A stretch of DNA of 64,000 nucleotides from Vulcanimicrobiota bacterium (GTDB taxonomy: Bacteria > Vulcanimicrobiota > Xenobia > Xenobiales > JADMJV01), in the NCBI GenBank assembly GCA_050250895.1, contig JBFWNU010000002.1:471659-535658 (forward strand). Direction: 5' to 3'. Positions 48,739 to 57,761 of this stretch are shown piece by piece. The notes under the pieces were generated by a model. The model did no database searches. It saw only the letters and a program-made list of their open reading frames with translations, and was not told the origin of the DNA. Position 1 is the stretch's first letter; every line of letters begins with the position of its first letter. The translations under genes were made by a program, and so were the position numbers.

Positions 48739-48897
48739 GTGAAGACCTTCAATGTGCATGAGGCTAAGACTCACTTCTCGGCGATTTTGGCGCTGGTGAC
48801 CGCTGGTGAGGAGGTGACCATCGCAAAGGCCGGTCGCCCTGTGGCCATCATTTCACCTTTTCGTCCGCCGGTAGAGCTCCGGAAAGACTGGCTTTAG
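48739..48897 (+). CDS. Phd/YefM-family antitoxin (orphan, possibly truncated)
   Basis: Manual translation VKTFNVHEAKTHFSAILALVTAGEEVTIAKAGRPVAIISP; TATGAT-N6-GTG; below the ORF-track length cutoff. Confidence 0.88.
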   Translation: MKTFNVHEAKTHFSAILALVTAGEEVTIAKAGRPVAIISPFRPPVELRKDWL

Positions 48898-49136
48898 GGC
48901 CAGGGTTCGTATCTCCAGGCCCTCAAGATTGGAGGTCCCGCCGCAGCACAGACCTGGCCAACGAGTCAGCCAGGGCAACGTCCCCGCGGTCAAGGGCGAT
49001 CTGGGCCTGTCGCAAGACTCCGCGGCCCATCTAGAATAACAAGAGCAGGGCGGCAGAGCCCATCACCAGCGTCAGCCAGTAAGGCCAACCGGTCGAGTCT
49101 AGCTCTTTGAGCAACCAGAAGACCAGCAACGACAGC
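48896..49136 (-). pseudogene. Diverged partial duplicate of the 54910-55567 gene pair (matches ~55145-55387)
   Basis: Colinear similarity including the exact block caccagcgtcagccagtaaggccaaccggtcgagtc; both gene fragments are truncated. Confidence 0.88.
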
Positions 49137-49231
49137 CCGGGTTAGCCGCGGGGTCAAGCGAGTTTTGGCCGACCCACTCCAGGACGGCTCCTGGTGCGGG
49201 CGAAGTCTCCCTTTTTCGAAGGGGGATTGGG

Positions 49232-51685
49232 ATGGTTTCCAGGGGATTGCCCCGTCGGGCCTTTTTGCAGTTGCTCGGCGGCACGGGAGCTGGTTTGTTT
49301 CTGGGGGGATGTGACGGCCAATCGGTCGAGGATTTCTTTGCTGGTGGGGGAGGAGGGCAGAACGGGGGGGCGCCGGCCGCCGGGCTTACCACCGGTCGCG
49401 TCGACCTGAGCCAGATCGGTGGCACGGGCCTGCGCGTGCTGTCGGCCTTTCTGGCTCCGGCCAACGTCGACGGCACGGGCCAGTTCGCGACCTCTGTGCT
49501 AAACACCAGGGCCCAGGCCCTGCTTGTTCTCGATGATGCCGGCAAAGTGCGGGCCCTGGGTTTGTCGCTGCCCGGTGCGAACCTCTTGTTCGACGCGGCC
49601 AGCACCGCTCTCACCTGGGTCTTTCTTTCACCTGGTCTGGTGGTGACCGAGCCCAACGCGGCAGCGACCCTGGTGCAACGAATTCGGGCTTTGCCCGAGT
49701 TCCAGCCGGTCGTCGACTATCTGGCCGCCAGACTTCAACAGCTGACGCTATCCGAGCTGGTCGCTGACCCCGGCTTGAACTCGTTGATGCTGGCCCTGGT
49801 CAGAGCCTTGCTGGCCGCTCCAGTTCAGCGAACTCAGGCCGAAGAGGACGCCTTCAACCGGGACGGTCGGGTGGCGGTGGCTCGTAAAGAGCCCAACCCG
49901 GGCAGTCCTAACACTCCTTTTGAGCTCAGCAACGAAGGCTGGCGCTTCGTCAACGTCATTCGGCAGGAGATTTTGCCTAACGGCCAGGAGAACATCACGC
50001 CGTTGACGCCGATTCGCCCTGAACTGGTCGGAGCCGTTCAGGTCGAGCGTAATCTATTGCCCGGAGTGAGCGGTTTCAGTCTGGGCAATCTGTTTACCGC
50101 CCAGACGCTATCACCGGGCACAGCCATCGATTTCGCCAATATCGACACGCCCGCTCTCGGACGCCTGGTATACTGGATCTACGGCCCGGGTTCTGGGCTG
50201 CGATCGTCCGATCCGCTCCCGCCTACCATCGCCCTTGGCGACTTTGGTGGTGCTTCGCTGGGCATGACCGGCCTGTTCTACATGCTTTTTCCCATCGTCG
50301 AAAGCTTCATGGCGGGCTTGGGCAGGCTCAAAGAGGCGCCCACTACGACCGGGGACCTCCAGGCCGGCATCAAGCTCGCCGAGAAGCTTTGGGCCGGAGC
50401 TACTCAGTCTGTCAATCTGACCGGCCTGCAACTGGCCCTGAGCACCGGTCAGGAGGCCAACATCCTGGCCGCCTGGATCGACCTGGTCTCGGCCCTGGCT
50501 CAGCTGGTGGTAGGCGGTCTGGCCGTGGCTCTCGAGGGGACGGTGGCCGGAACCGTCGCCATCGTGCTGGAGTTGCTGTTGGCGGCCATAGGCACCTTCT
50601 TCGCCGGTTGGAACGCTTTGGTGGCCACAGCTCACTTTCTAGGTCTTCCGCAGGTGGCGGCGGTGCAGGTTCCCATCGCCCGGCGCAGCCTGAACCTGGT
50701 GGGTACCAGTCCCTTCACCACGCAAGACCTGGATGCGAACGGACGGGTGCTGTTCTTTACGCCTTCGCCGGCCCGGGTCCAGGTGAAGGACCTGGAAGCC
50801 AATCCCGTCGATCTGACTCCGATCCTCAACGCGACCTTCAACGGCGTCATGGATAATCACGGCCTGGTGGTTGCCAATCGGGGGCCGAACGGGGTCTCCT
50901 TGCTCCAGGTGGATGTCGCGCAGGTCTTTCCGGTGATTCCCCCGGCTCAGGCCGTTGCGGGCAGTCCCGCGGCTCGCCTCATTTCTGATAGCGGCTGGAT
51001 CTATGGGGACTTTAGAATCAGCGATCCACCCAACGTCGACCGGGTCGAAATCTGGGGCAGCGACGGGGGAGTCGACATGGATGGAAACATCCCCAGCCAG
51101 TCGCTGGGTATCATCGCGCAGATCGAGGCCGAGAGTGGCCGCATGGTCTCGCGAGGCACCGGGATTCAGCTCACCGGGGTCAATTCTCTGGGAGAATTTG
51201 TCGGTTTCGCCAGTCTGGTGGGCCCGCCGGCGGGAGTGGTCAACTTCCGCTACAGTCCCAACGTGGGATTGACCAGCTTCGAGGTGACCGATGTGCCGGC
51301 CGGTCTGGTGGGCCCACGCTATCTGGGCATCAATTTGGCCGGGCATATCCTGGTCCAGGAGGATGCCCCGGGCGGGGTCCAGCGCGGCCGCATTATCGGT
51401 GGGCCGACGCTAAGCACGGTGGGCAACCACACCGTCATGGGACTCAACGATGACGATGTGGTGGTCGGATTGATGGAATTTCCCGACGTGCGACCGGTGG
51501 TCTGGCGCAACGGCGGGTTTGAAGAGATCAATCAATTGATCCCACCAGGGCAACGTGACCCTCAATCACCCTTTTACTTCGAGCCAGGACTCTCGGCTGG
51601 AAGGGCCCTATTCAAAGGCAATTTCGTCGTGTTACGTCGGACTCTCCTGGACCGAGACGAGATCTTCGTGCTAGGCCTGGGTTAG
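49232..51685 (+). CDS. Large Tat-exported lipoprotein of unknown function
   Basis: PRRAFLQLLGG..FLGGC; internal hydrophobic helices; C-terminal beta-repeats (GVNSLG, GINLAG, GLNDDD). Confidence 0.8.
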   Translation: MVSRGLPRRAFLQLLGGTGAGLFLGGCDGQSVEDFFAGGGGGQNGGAPAAGLTTGRVDLSQIGGTGLRVLSAFLAPANVDGTGQFATSVLNTRAQALLVLDDAGKVRALGLSLPGANLLFDAASTALTWVFLSPGLVVTEPNAAATLVQRIRALPEFQPVVDYLAARLQQLTLSELVADPGLNSLMLALVRALLAAPVQRTQAEEDAFNRDGRVAVARKEPNPGSPNTPFELSNEGWRFVNVIRQEILPNGQENITPLTPIRPELVGAVQVERNLLPGVSGFSLGNLFTAQTLSPGTAIDFANIDTPALGRLVYWIYGPGSGLRSSDPLPPTIALGDFGGASLGMTGLFYMLFPIVESFMAGLGRLKEAPTTTGDLQAGIKLAEKLWAGATQSVNLTGLQLALSTGQEANILAAWIDLVSALAQLVVGGLAVALEGTVAGTVAIVLELLLAAIGTFFAGWNALVATAHFLGLPQVAAVQVPIARRSLNLVGTSPFTTQDLDANGRVLFFTPSPARVQVKDLEANPVDLTPILNATFNGVMDNHGLVVANRGPNGVSLLQVDVAQVFPVIPPAQAVAGSPAARLISDSGWIYGDFRISDPPNVDRVEIWGSDGGVDMDGNIPSQSLGIIAQIEAESGRMVSRGTGIQLTGVNSLGEFVGFASLVGPPAGVVNFRYSPNVGLTSFEVTDVPAGLVGPRYLGINLAGHILVQEDAPGGVQRGRIIGGPTLSTVGNHTVMGLNDDDVVVGLMEFPDVRPVVWRNGGFEEINQLIPPGQRDPQSPFYFEPGLSAGRALFKGNFVVLRRTLLDRDEIFVLGLG

Positions 51686-51827
51686 TCGTTTGGCTAGCCC
51701 AGGCTTGGCCGGGCGGCCACCCGTCTTTGGCCTGACCTCGCCAGGGGAGTGCACCCGCGACGGGAACTCTTCCAGCCGATTTGGGGCCTCCAGCCAGGAG
51801 GTATCGACTTACAAGGGGGATTGGGTA

Positions 51828-54104
51828 ATGGGCGTTAGCAAGGCGGCCAGCCTGGTGCTGGCCACGCTGATGGTGCTATTTCTCGGGGGGTGCAACGAAG
51901 ACGGTAGCGTCAACGAGTCTCGTATTTCCGAGGGCCAGGTGGTTCTAACACCGCTGGAGAGCGCGGCCATCTTGCAGCGGTCATTGCTGTTAACGCGCGC
52001 CGTTAACGGCCTTTTCATGCTGAACTCGTTCGTGGTCAACGACCCGCAGCCGCAGCCGCAGCGCAGCTCGGTGGACCCCTTCGATGAAGACATTCGCATT
52101 CCGGGAACCAACTTCATCACCGAGCAACATCTGTTGACCACCACCGAGGCCCAGGATAAAGACCTGCCCGAAGGAACCATCCGCATCCGCGTGAGAGAGG
52201 TCGGCAAAGCCTATGACAGCAATCACGTGCTCTATTGCCTGCCGGCTGTGTTCGCCAACAATCAATTCACTCAAGAGATTCGTCTGGGCAGCAACACCGA
52301 GAGCTTCTTCGGTTGCTTTGGAAGGGCCACGGAAGTATTCGACGCCGGGTTCAACCTGTTGAGCTTGGGATTCACCCAACTCATCCCCTTTAGTGAGCGA
52401 ACCACCGTTTTTGGCGGGCAGGGTCTATTCACTCTTCAGAGCAATGGTCGGTTTATCGGGGATCTCACGGTTCCTCACAAGCTGTATCCGGGGGCCCTTC
52501 AGTCCATTAGCGGAGAAGCTCTGCAAACCAACCGCTCGATGGGTTTCGCCAACGCTGACACCCAGGGCCTGTTCAACTTCCTGGGCGTGCAGGGCCAGGT
52601 GACTCTCAACAACCTCGGCGGCGGTGGACAGATCGCCACCCCCACCAACGGCACCCAGGCCGGTACCGTGACTCCAGGCGGCATTCTCCAGGTCGCCCTC
52701 CCCGACAATTCGCAACTCGCCGACGGCAACATCGATGACGGGGGCGAGTTGTCCGACAACCTGCCGGTGCCGGCCAACGGCTCCCTCACGTTGACTTTCG
52801 ACAACAATGCCATCGAGGTCGGCCAGACGGCGTTCGTCTTCGTCAATGCTTTTGACGGAAACGGCAACCTGGTCCCCTTCACCACCCGGTCCGGTCGTTT
52901 GACGAGCGACGGAACCCATGTGCGCGTGGTGACTTCTCACTCGGTCGTGGGACAGAGCCTCGGGGTCGACACCTTGACCTATCGCGATGATGACACGGGC
53001 AAGGAGGCCACCGGTATGGTCACCGTCTTCCAGGGGACCACGCCACCCACGCCTCCCGCCCCGGGTCCGGTGGGCGGTTACCTCTATGTCTCCGACAGCG
53101 GCAACGATCAGATCGATGTCTTCCCGTTCAATATCACGACCGGAGCCCTCGGCAACTCGAGCCAGGTGGCCAGCACCGGCGCCAATCCCTCGGACCTGCT
53201 GGTGCTGCGCAACGAGCAGTTGTTGCTGGTAGCCGTCGACGGTGGCCTGGATGTGTACTCCATCAGTCAGCAGAACGGCCAGCTCAGCTTGTTGCGCTCC
53301 AACACGCTGGGCTTCACTCCCGCCGATCTCTCTGAAAGTGGTAAGATGGTCACCGCCGGAGCCAATATTCGGCTCTTTGCCACCAAGTCCGGGTCGCCCC
53401 TGTCCGTGCTCGAGCTCAACCCGACCAACGGACAGGTTCAGCAGTTGGCCGAGATTCCGTTCGCCGGTTTCCCTTTCGACTTGACCAACCTGGCGGTTGG
53501 CAGCGACGAGTTTCTCTTTGTCACCAACAACAGTAACGGGGTGGTGGTTTTCCAGGTCCCTGACGCCTTCGGTGGAGCGGTTCCCAACCAGCAGTTCGAC
53601 TTCCCGGTGGCCAGCCAACTGTCCGAGGTTGCCGTCAGCTTCGCCAGCGGACCGGTGCTCGAGATTCTCGACCTCAACGGCTCGGCCTTGCTGAGCGCCA
53701 GCATCAATACAGCCAACGGGTTGTCGAGCATCCTCGACATCGCCAATTCGACCCGCATCGACACGGTGGGGCGTCCGAGGGGCCTGGCCGTAGACGACCT
53801 CTCAGACGTTGCCTACTTTGGCAGCGAGTTCGTGAGCAATAGCCTCGATGGCTTTGGCCTGACCGGGCCGCCCACCGCTCCTGTGCACCTGACGAATGCT
53901 CCCTACGCCGCCTCGGGCAACGCCATCGCGGTGAAGATCACCGGCAGTTCAGCTCAGCTGATCTATGCCTTGACCTCGCCTCAGAACACGTTGGAACTCT
54001 TCTTACAGAATGCAAACCTCTCTTTGATGTCGAATTCTCAAGTGACCCTGCCAGGTGCTAATGCCCAGGCCCAGGACCTGGAAGCGGTCATTCTCAACGA
54101 CTAG
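51828..54104 (+). CDS. Large lipoprotein with Ig-like and lactonase-type beta-propeller regions
   Basis: LFLGGC lipobox; YLYVSDSGNDQIDVF..TGAL and VYSISQQNGQL propeller blades. Confidence 0.78.
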   Translation: MGVSKAASLVLATLMVLFLGGCNEDGSVNESRISEGQVVLTPLESAAILQRSLLLTRAVNGLFMLNSFVVNDPQPQPQRSSVDPFDEDIRIPGTNFITEQHLLTTTEAQDKDLPEGTIRIRVREVGKAYDSNHVLYCLPAVFANNQFTQEIRLGSNTESFFGCFGRATEVFDAGFNLLSLGFTQLIPFSERTTVFGGQGLFTLQSNGRFIGDLTVPHKLYPGALQSISGEALQTNRSMGFANADTQGLFNFLGVQGQVTLNNLGGGGQIATPTNGTQAGTVTPGGILQVALPDNSQLADGNIDDGGELSDNLPVPANGSLTLTFDNNAIEVGQTAFVFVNAFDGNGNLVPFTTRSGRLTSDGTHVRVVTSHSVVGQSLGVDTLTYRDDDTGKEATGMVTVFQGTTPPTPPAPGPVGGYLYVSDSGNDQIDVFPFNITTGALGNSSQVASTGANPSDLLVLRNEQLLLVAVDGGLDVYSISQQNGQLSLLRSNTLGFTPADLSESGKMVTAGANIRLFATKSGSPLSVLELNPTNGQVQQLAEIPFAGFPFDLTNLAVGSDEFLFVTNNSNGVVVFQVPDAFGGAVPNQQFDFPVASQLSEVAVSFASGPVLEILDLNGSALLSASINTANGLSSILDIANSTRIDTVGRPRGLAVDDLSDVAYFGSEFVSNSLDGFGLTGPPTAPVHLTNAPYAASGNAIAVKITGSSAQLIYALTSPQNTLELFLQNANLSLMSNSQVTLPGANAQAQDLEAVILND

Positions 54105-54111
54105 GAAGAGC

Positions 54112-54738
54112 ATGCGTATCACGTTGGTTGACGGCCTGGTCCTGGCACGCCAGGGCCTGCGCCTGCTACTGGAGTCCGAGCCGGGCTTAGAAGTGGTCTA
54201 TGAGTGCAGTCCGAGTGAAGTTTGCTCGGAGGAGTTCGCCCGTTCCGGTTCAGCTCTGGTCTTGCTGGACTTGTTGGACGGTTCTGAACTAGGTTGTCTC
54301 GACTCGTTTTTCGGGGTGCCGCTGCTGGCGGTGGCTTCCCATAACGATGTCGAGTTGGCCGTGCGGGCGTTTCGAGCCGGCGCCAGCGGCTTTGTGGTCA
54401 AATCGGCTCAGCCGGATGAATTGCTGTTGGCCATGCAGATCGTGGCCCAGGGAGGCTGTTACATTCATCCCCGGGTGGCTCAGGCGGTCCTGGCCCAGCT
54501 CCGCGGCGGGGCGTGCAGAGCGAGCGGCTGGGACGGCCTGGGAGGGCGAGAGTTTGCGCTGGTAAGTTTAGTAGCCGAAGGGCTGGCCAATATCCAGATC
54601 GCTCAGCGACTCAATGTCTCGCTGGGCACAGTCAAGAACGACTTGCGCGGCCTCTTTGTCAAACTGGGCGTACGGGATCGCACTCAACTCGCCATCGAAG
54701 CCACCCGCCGCGGTCTCAACGGCGTCTCGCACGCCTGA
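54112..54738 (+). CDS. NarL/LuxR-family response regulator
   Basis: LVD..LARQGLRLLL, VLLD, GASGFVVK, HTH 'GLANIQIAQRLNVSLGTVK'. Confidence 0.9.
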   Translation: MRITLVDGLVLARQGLRLLLESEPGLEVVYECSPSEVCSEEFARSGSALVLLDLLDGSELGCLDSFFGVPLLAVASHNDVELAVRAFRAGASGFVVKSAQPDELLLAMQIVAQGGCYIHPRVAQAVLAQLRGGACRASGWDGLGGREFALVSLVAEGLANIQIAQRLNVSLGTVKNDLRGLFVKLGVRDRTQLAIEATRRGLNGVSHA

Positions 54739-54909
54739 ACCGGCGGGCGGCCGGCGGCGTAGAGCGATCGAAGCCCGGCTGCGTCCCTGGCTAGGGCCGG
54801 GCCATTGGTGTGGAGACAGCGAGCGGCTCGAGTGGAGCTATGGGGACCTCACCGTGACTCGGGGATGCTGCGGTTGGGTGTCCAAGCTAGAGCCCCGGAA
54901 AGGCTGGGT

Positions 54910-55281
54910 TTAGTGATTCCCATCCCCCAAGCAACTTGCTCGAGCTTCGGCTGCTCGGGCTTTGTCGGGCAGGGCCGCCTCTCGATAGAGCCCGGCGGCC
55001 TCGCGCAGGCTCCAAGCAGCGGAGTCAAGCTGGTCGAGTCTGATCTGAAACTCTGCGGCTTGCTCGTAGTAGGCTCCATCACCCGAGACCACTCCGGCCT
55101 GGGAGCTGGTAATCGCGGCGTAGCTGAGCTTGCCAAGCGCCTCGAGGGCGAGGGTTCGTATCTTCAACCCTTCAAGATTGGACAGGTCCCACCTGAGCAC
55201 AGACATGGCCAACGAGTCGGCCAGAGCGAAATTCCCGCTATCGAGGGCGATGCGCGCCTGCCGCAAAACGCCACGACTCAT
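54910..55281 (-). CDS. Hypothetical TPR-like helical protein
   Basis: 123-aa Ala-rich helical ORF coupled to the upstream gene; partially conserved in the 48.9-kb duplicate. Confidence 0.6.
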   Translation of the reverse strand: MSRGVLRQARIALDSGNFALADSLAMSVLRWDLSNLEGLKIRTLALEALGKLSYAAITSSQAGVVSGDGAYYEQAAEFQIRLDQLDSAAWSLREAAGLYREAALPDKARAAEARASCLGDGNH

Positions 55282-55282
55282 C

Positions 55283-55567
55283 TTAAAACAAGACGAGCAG
55301 GGCGGCGGAGCCCACCACCAGCGTCAGCCAGTAAGGCCAACCGGTCGAGTCGAGTTCTTTAAGCAGCCAGAAGACCAGCAAGGACAGTCCGGTGGCCCCC
55401 ACCAGAATGACCAGCACCCGGCTCCACTCGCCGGTGAAGGCCACATCGAAGATCAGGCCGTTGGTGAATAAACAAGCCCCGTAGAGGGCGGCGCAAACCT
55501 TGGGCTGGCCGGTCTGGATCAACACCTTGATCAACATTGGGATGAGGAAGAGCTTCAGCAGCAGCAC
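55283..55567 (-). CDS. Small membrane protein
   Basis: Three to four transmembrane segments; TAAGGT-N6-GTG; duplicate fragment at 49.0-49.1 kb. Confidence 0.75.
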   Translation of the reverse strand: MLLLKLFLIPMLIKVLIQTGQPKVCAALYGACLFTNGLIFDVAFTGEWSRVLVILVGATGLSLLVFWLLKELDSTGWPYWLTLVVGSAALLVLF

Positions 55568-55791
55568 CCTGCTACCTTAGCACACCCCGCCAGGCCCGTC
55601 GAGCAGTCTCTAGGCGCGGTCGGCGGCGACTTCCAGGGTCACACCTGGGCGGGACCGACTTCCCCGCGGAAGTCACCCGGTTTCTCCCCGAAGACCGGAT
55701 GTTAACAAAGTGTGCCTTCGAAGGCGCAGGGCAGTCGGGTAGTTTTAGAAAGTCCCGCACTAGGGTAGCTGTTAACGAAGAGAGGTCGTAA

Positions 55792-56919
55792 GTGCTCGTC
55801 TATCCCAACACCCAACGCTCTCCTCTGGCGGCGCCAAGACGGCGCACTTCGCAGGAGGCTATCGGGATTATCGGGGGGGGAAATTCGGCCCGCGCTCTGG
55901 CCGGTTATCTCTCTCGCCGTGGTCACGAGGTGCGCCTGTTGGTGCGCAGCCCCGAGAAGGTTGCGGGGCTCGATTACCATCGCGCCGTGCGCGTCATTGG
56001 TCATCTTGAGGGATATTATCCGGTCAAGCAGGTCACCACCGAACCGGACCGGTTCTTTGGCGACTGCCGGACGCTGTTTGTCGCCACCACCACCGACGCC
56101 TATCCCGAGCTGTGCCGTCGCTACGGTCCTTACCTCGAGGCCGGTCACCAGGTCATCCTGTTCTCGTCGAAGTTCGGCGGCAGCGCACTGTTCGAACATG
56201 GATTGGCCCAGCAGCGCCGCACCGGCGTACGGGTGATCGAGACCGATGCGCTTTTTGCCTGCCGGGCTCAGGGCGACGACGCCATCTGGATTCGCGGCAT
56301 CAAACGCTGGACCTACTATTCTTGCCCGAGGCAGTCGCAGACCCGCCAGGCGGCCGCTCTGATGGCCAACTTCTTCCCCGGCCTCGAGCCGGCCGAGAAT
56401 CTGGTGCAGCGCGGCCTGACCGACTTTGGAGCCCTGGCCCACGCCCTGACCGTGCTGGTCAATATGAACAGCATCGATCGCGGCAAGCCGTTTCTGTTCT
56501 ATTACGAGGGGTTCACGGAAAACACGGTGGTCTTGCTCGAGTCGATGGAGCGCGAGTTCCAGCGCGTGGCTCAGGCTTACGGCACCAGCCTCATTCCCGC
56601 CGCCGAACTGCTCAACCGTTATTACGGCGGTGGCACCGGCAGCCTGCTCGAGGCTATTCGACAGGTGCCCAACTACCGCCACAGCGTGGCTCCCGACACC
56701 CTGCGCCATCGTTACCTGACCGAGGATGTGCCCTGTACGCTGGTGCCGGTCCAGCAACTGGCCCGCCTGGCTGGCGTAGCCACCCCGATGATCGATTCGG
56801 TCATTAACCTGTCCTCCGTCCTGAGCGGCCGGGACTTTGCTAGCACCGGTCGTAGCCTGTCTCAGTTTGGCTGGTCGGGGCTCAAGCCCCGCCAGATCGT
56901 CGACTGGATGGCCCGATGA
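55792..56919 (+). CDS. NAD(P)-dependent opine (octopine/nopaline) dehydrogenase family protein
   Basis: IIGGGNSA Rossmann motif, IETDALFACR, FYYEG, HRYLTEDVP..LVP, AGVATPMIDSVI. Confidence 0.88.
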   Translation: MLVYPNTQRSPLAAPRRRTSQEAIGIIGGGNSARALAGYLSRRGHEVRLLVRSPEKVAGLDYHRAVRVIGHLEGYYPVKQVTTEPDRFFGDCRTLFVATTTDAYPELCRRYGPYLEAGHQVILFSSKFGGSALFEHGLAQQRRTGVRVIETDALFACRAQGDDAIWIRGIKRWTYYSCPRQSQTRQAAALMANFFPGLEPAENLVQRGLTDFGALAHALTVLVNMNSIDRGKPFLFYYEGFTENTVVLLESMEREFQRVAQAYGTSLIPAAELLNRYYGGGTGSLLEAIRQVPNYRHSVAPDTLRHRYLTEDVPCTLVPVQQLARLAGVATPMIDSVINLSSVLSGRDFASTGRSLSQFGWSGLKPRQIVDWMAR

Positions 56920-57761
56920 GCAAGTGGACCTCCAGCTGGGTGCTGGTCGCCCTGTTGGCGGCCGCTATCGAACCGATTCTGGCCAAGCTGGGCTATCGGG
57001 GCGCGGCCACTCCGCTGCAGCTGTTGGTCATGAAGAACGTGGTGGCAGCCTGTATGATCCTGCCACTCACTCGCGCCTGGAACTGGGTGGGTTGGTCCGG
57101 CGTGCGCAAGATGGCCTCGGTCAGCCTGCTGTTGTTGTTTACCAACTTCTGCTCGCTGGTGGCCGTCAAGTTCCTGCCGGCCGTCACCGTGATCACTCTG
57201 GTTACCACCACTCCGGCTTTCGTGGCCTTGACCAACCAGCGCAAAGGCCGCGACGTCTTGGGGCGCAAGTATTGGTTCGGCTTCGGGCTGTGCTTTTTGG
57301 GCGTGGCTCTGTCGATCGACGCCCTGCGTAACGGATCGATGGTGTTTCACCCGGTGGGGCTGCTGGCCGTACTGGGCTCGATCGCCAGCTCCACCATTTA
57401 CCGCACGCGTCTTGAGGATGTGACGGCCGAGTTCAAACCGGCCCTGGTCTCGACCTATATCTTCTTGATCAATGCGGTGGTCAGTCTGGTGTTCGTGGCT
57501 CCTTTCATCGACCCCATCCCGATGGCGATGGTTCCGGTCGGACTGTGGATCGGACTGGCGGCCGCCGTGGCCAACGTGGCCTTCCTGTCGGCCGTGCACC
57601 TGGTGGGGGCCACCAACATGTCGATCTTCAACCTGCTGCAGCGGCCTATGGTGCTCATCGCCGCCAGCCTGGTGCTGCACGAGCATCTGGGCTGGATGCA
57701 GTGGGTAGGTATCGCCATGATCTTAGCCGGAGTTCGCATCGCGAAAGTCGTTCGTAAGTGA
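56916..57761 (+). CDS. EamA/DMT family transporter
   Basis: About ten transmembrane segments in two repeats; ..LQRP..L..E.L...QWVG; ATGA coupling. Confidence 0.88.
   Translation: MSKWTSSWVLVALLAAAIEPILAKLGYRGAATPLQLLVMKNVVAACMILPLTRAWNWVGWSGVRKMASVSLLLLFTNFCSLVAVKFLPAVTVITLVTTTPAFVALTNQRKGRDVLGRKYWFGFGLCFLGVALSIDALRNGSMVFHPVGLLAVLGSIASSTIYRTRLEDVTAEFKPALVSTYIFLINAVVSLVFVAPFIDPIPMAMVPVGLWIGLAAAVANVAFLSAVHLVGATNMSIFNLLQRPMVLIAASLVLHEHLGWMQWVGIAMILAGVRIAKVVRK

Noticed and set aside
55578-55604. TTAGCAC as a CIRCE half-site
   Set aside because: No matching GAGTGCTAA arm, and none upstream of clpB; it overlaps the extended -10 of the minus-strand gene.
55792-57761. Staphylopine/pseudopaline cnt operon
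   Set aside because: No nicotianamine synthase (CntL), and the dehydrogenase has octopine-DH motifs rather than CntM-type ones.
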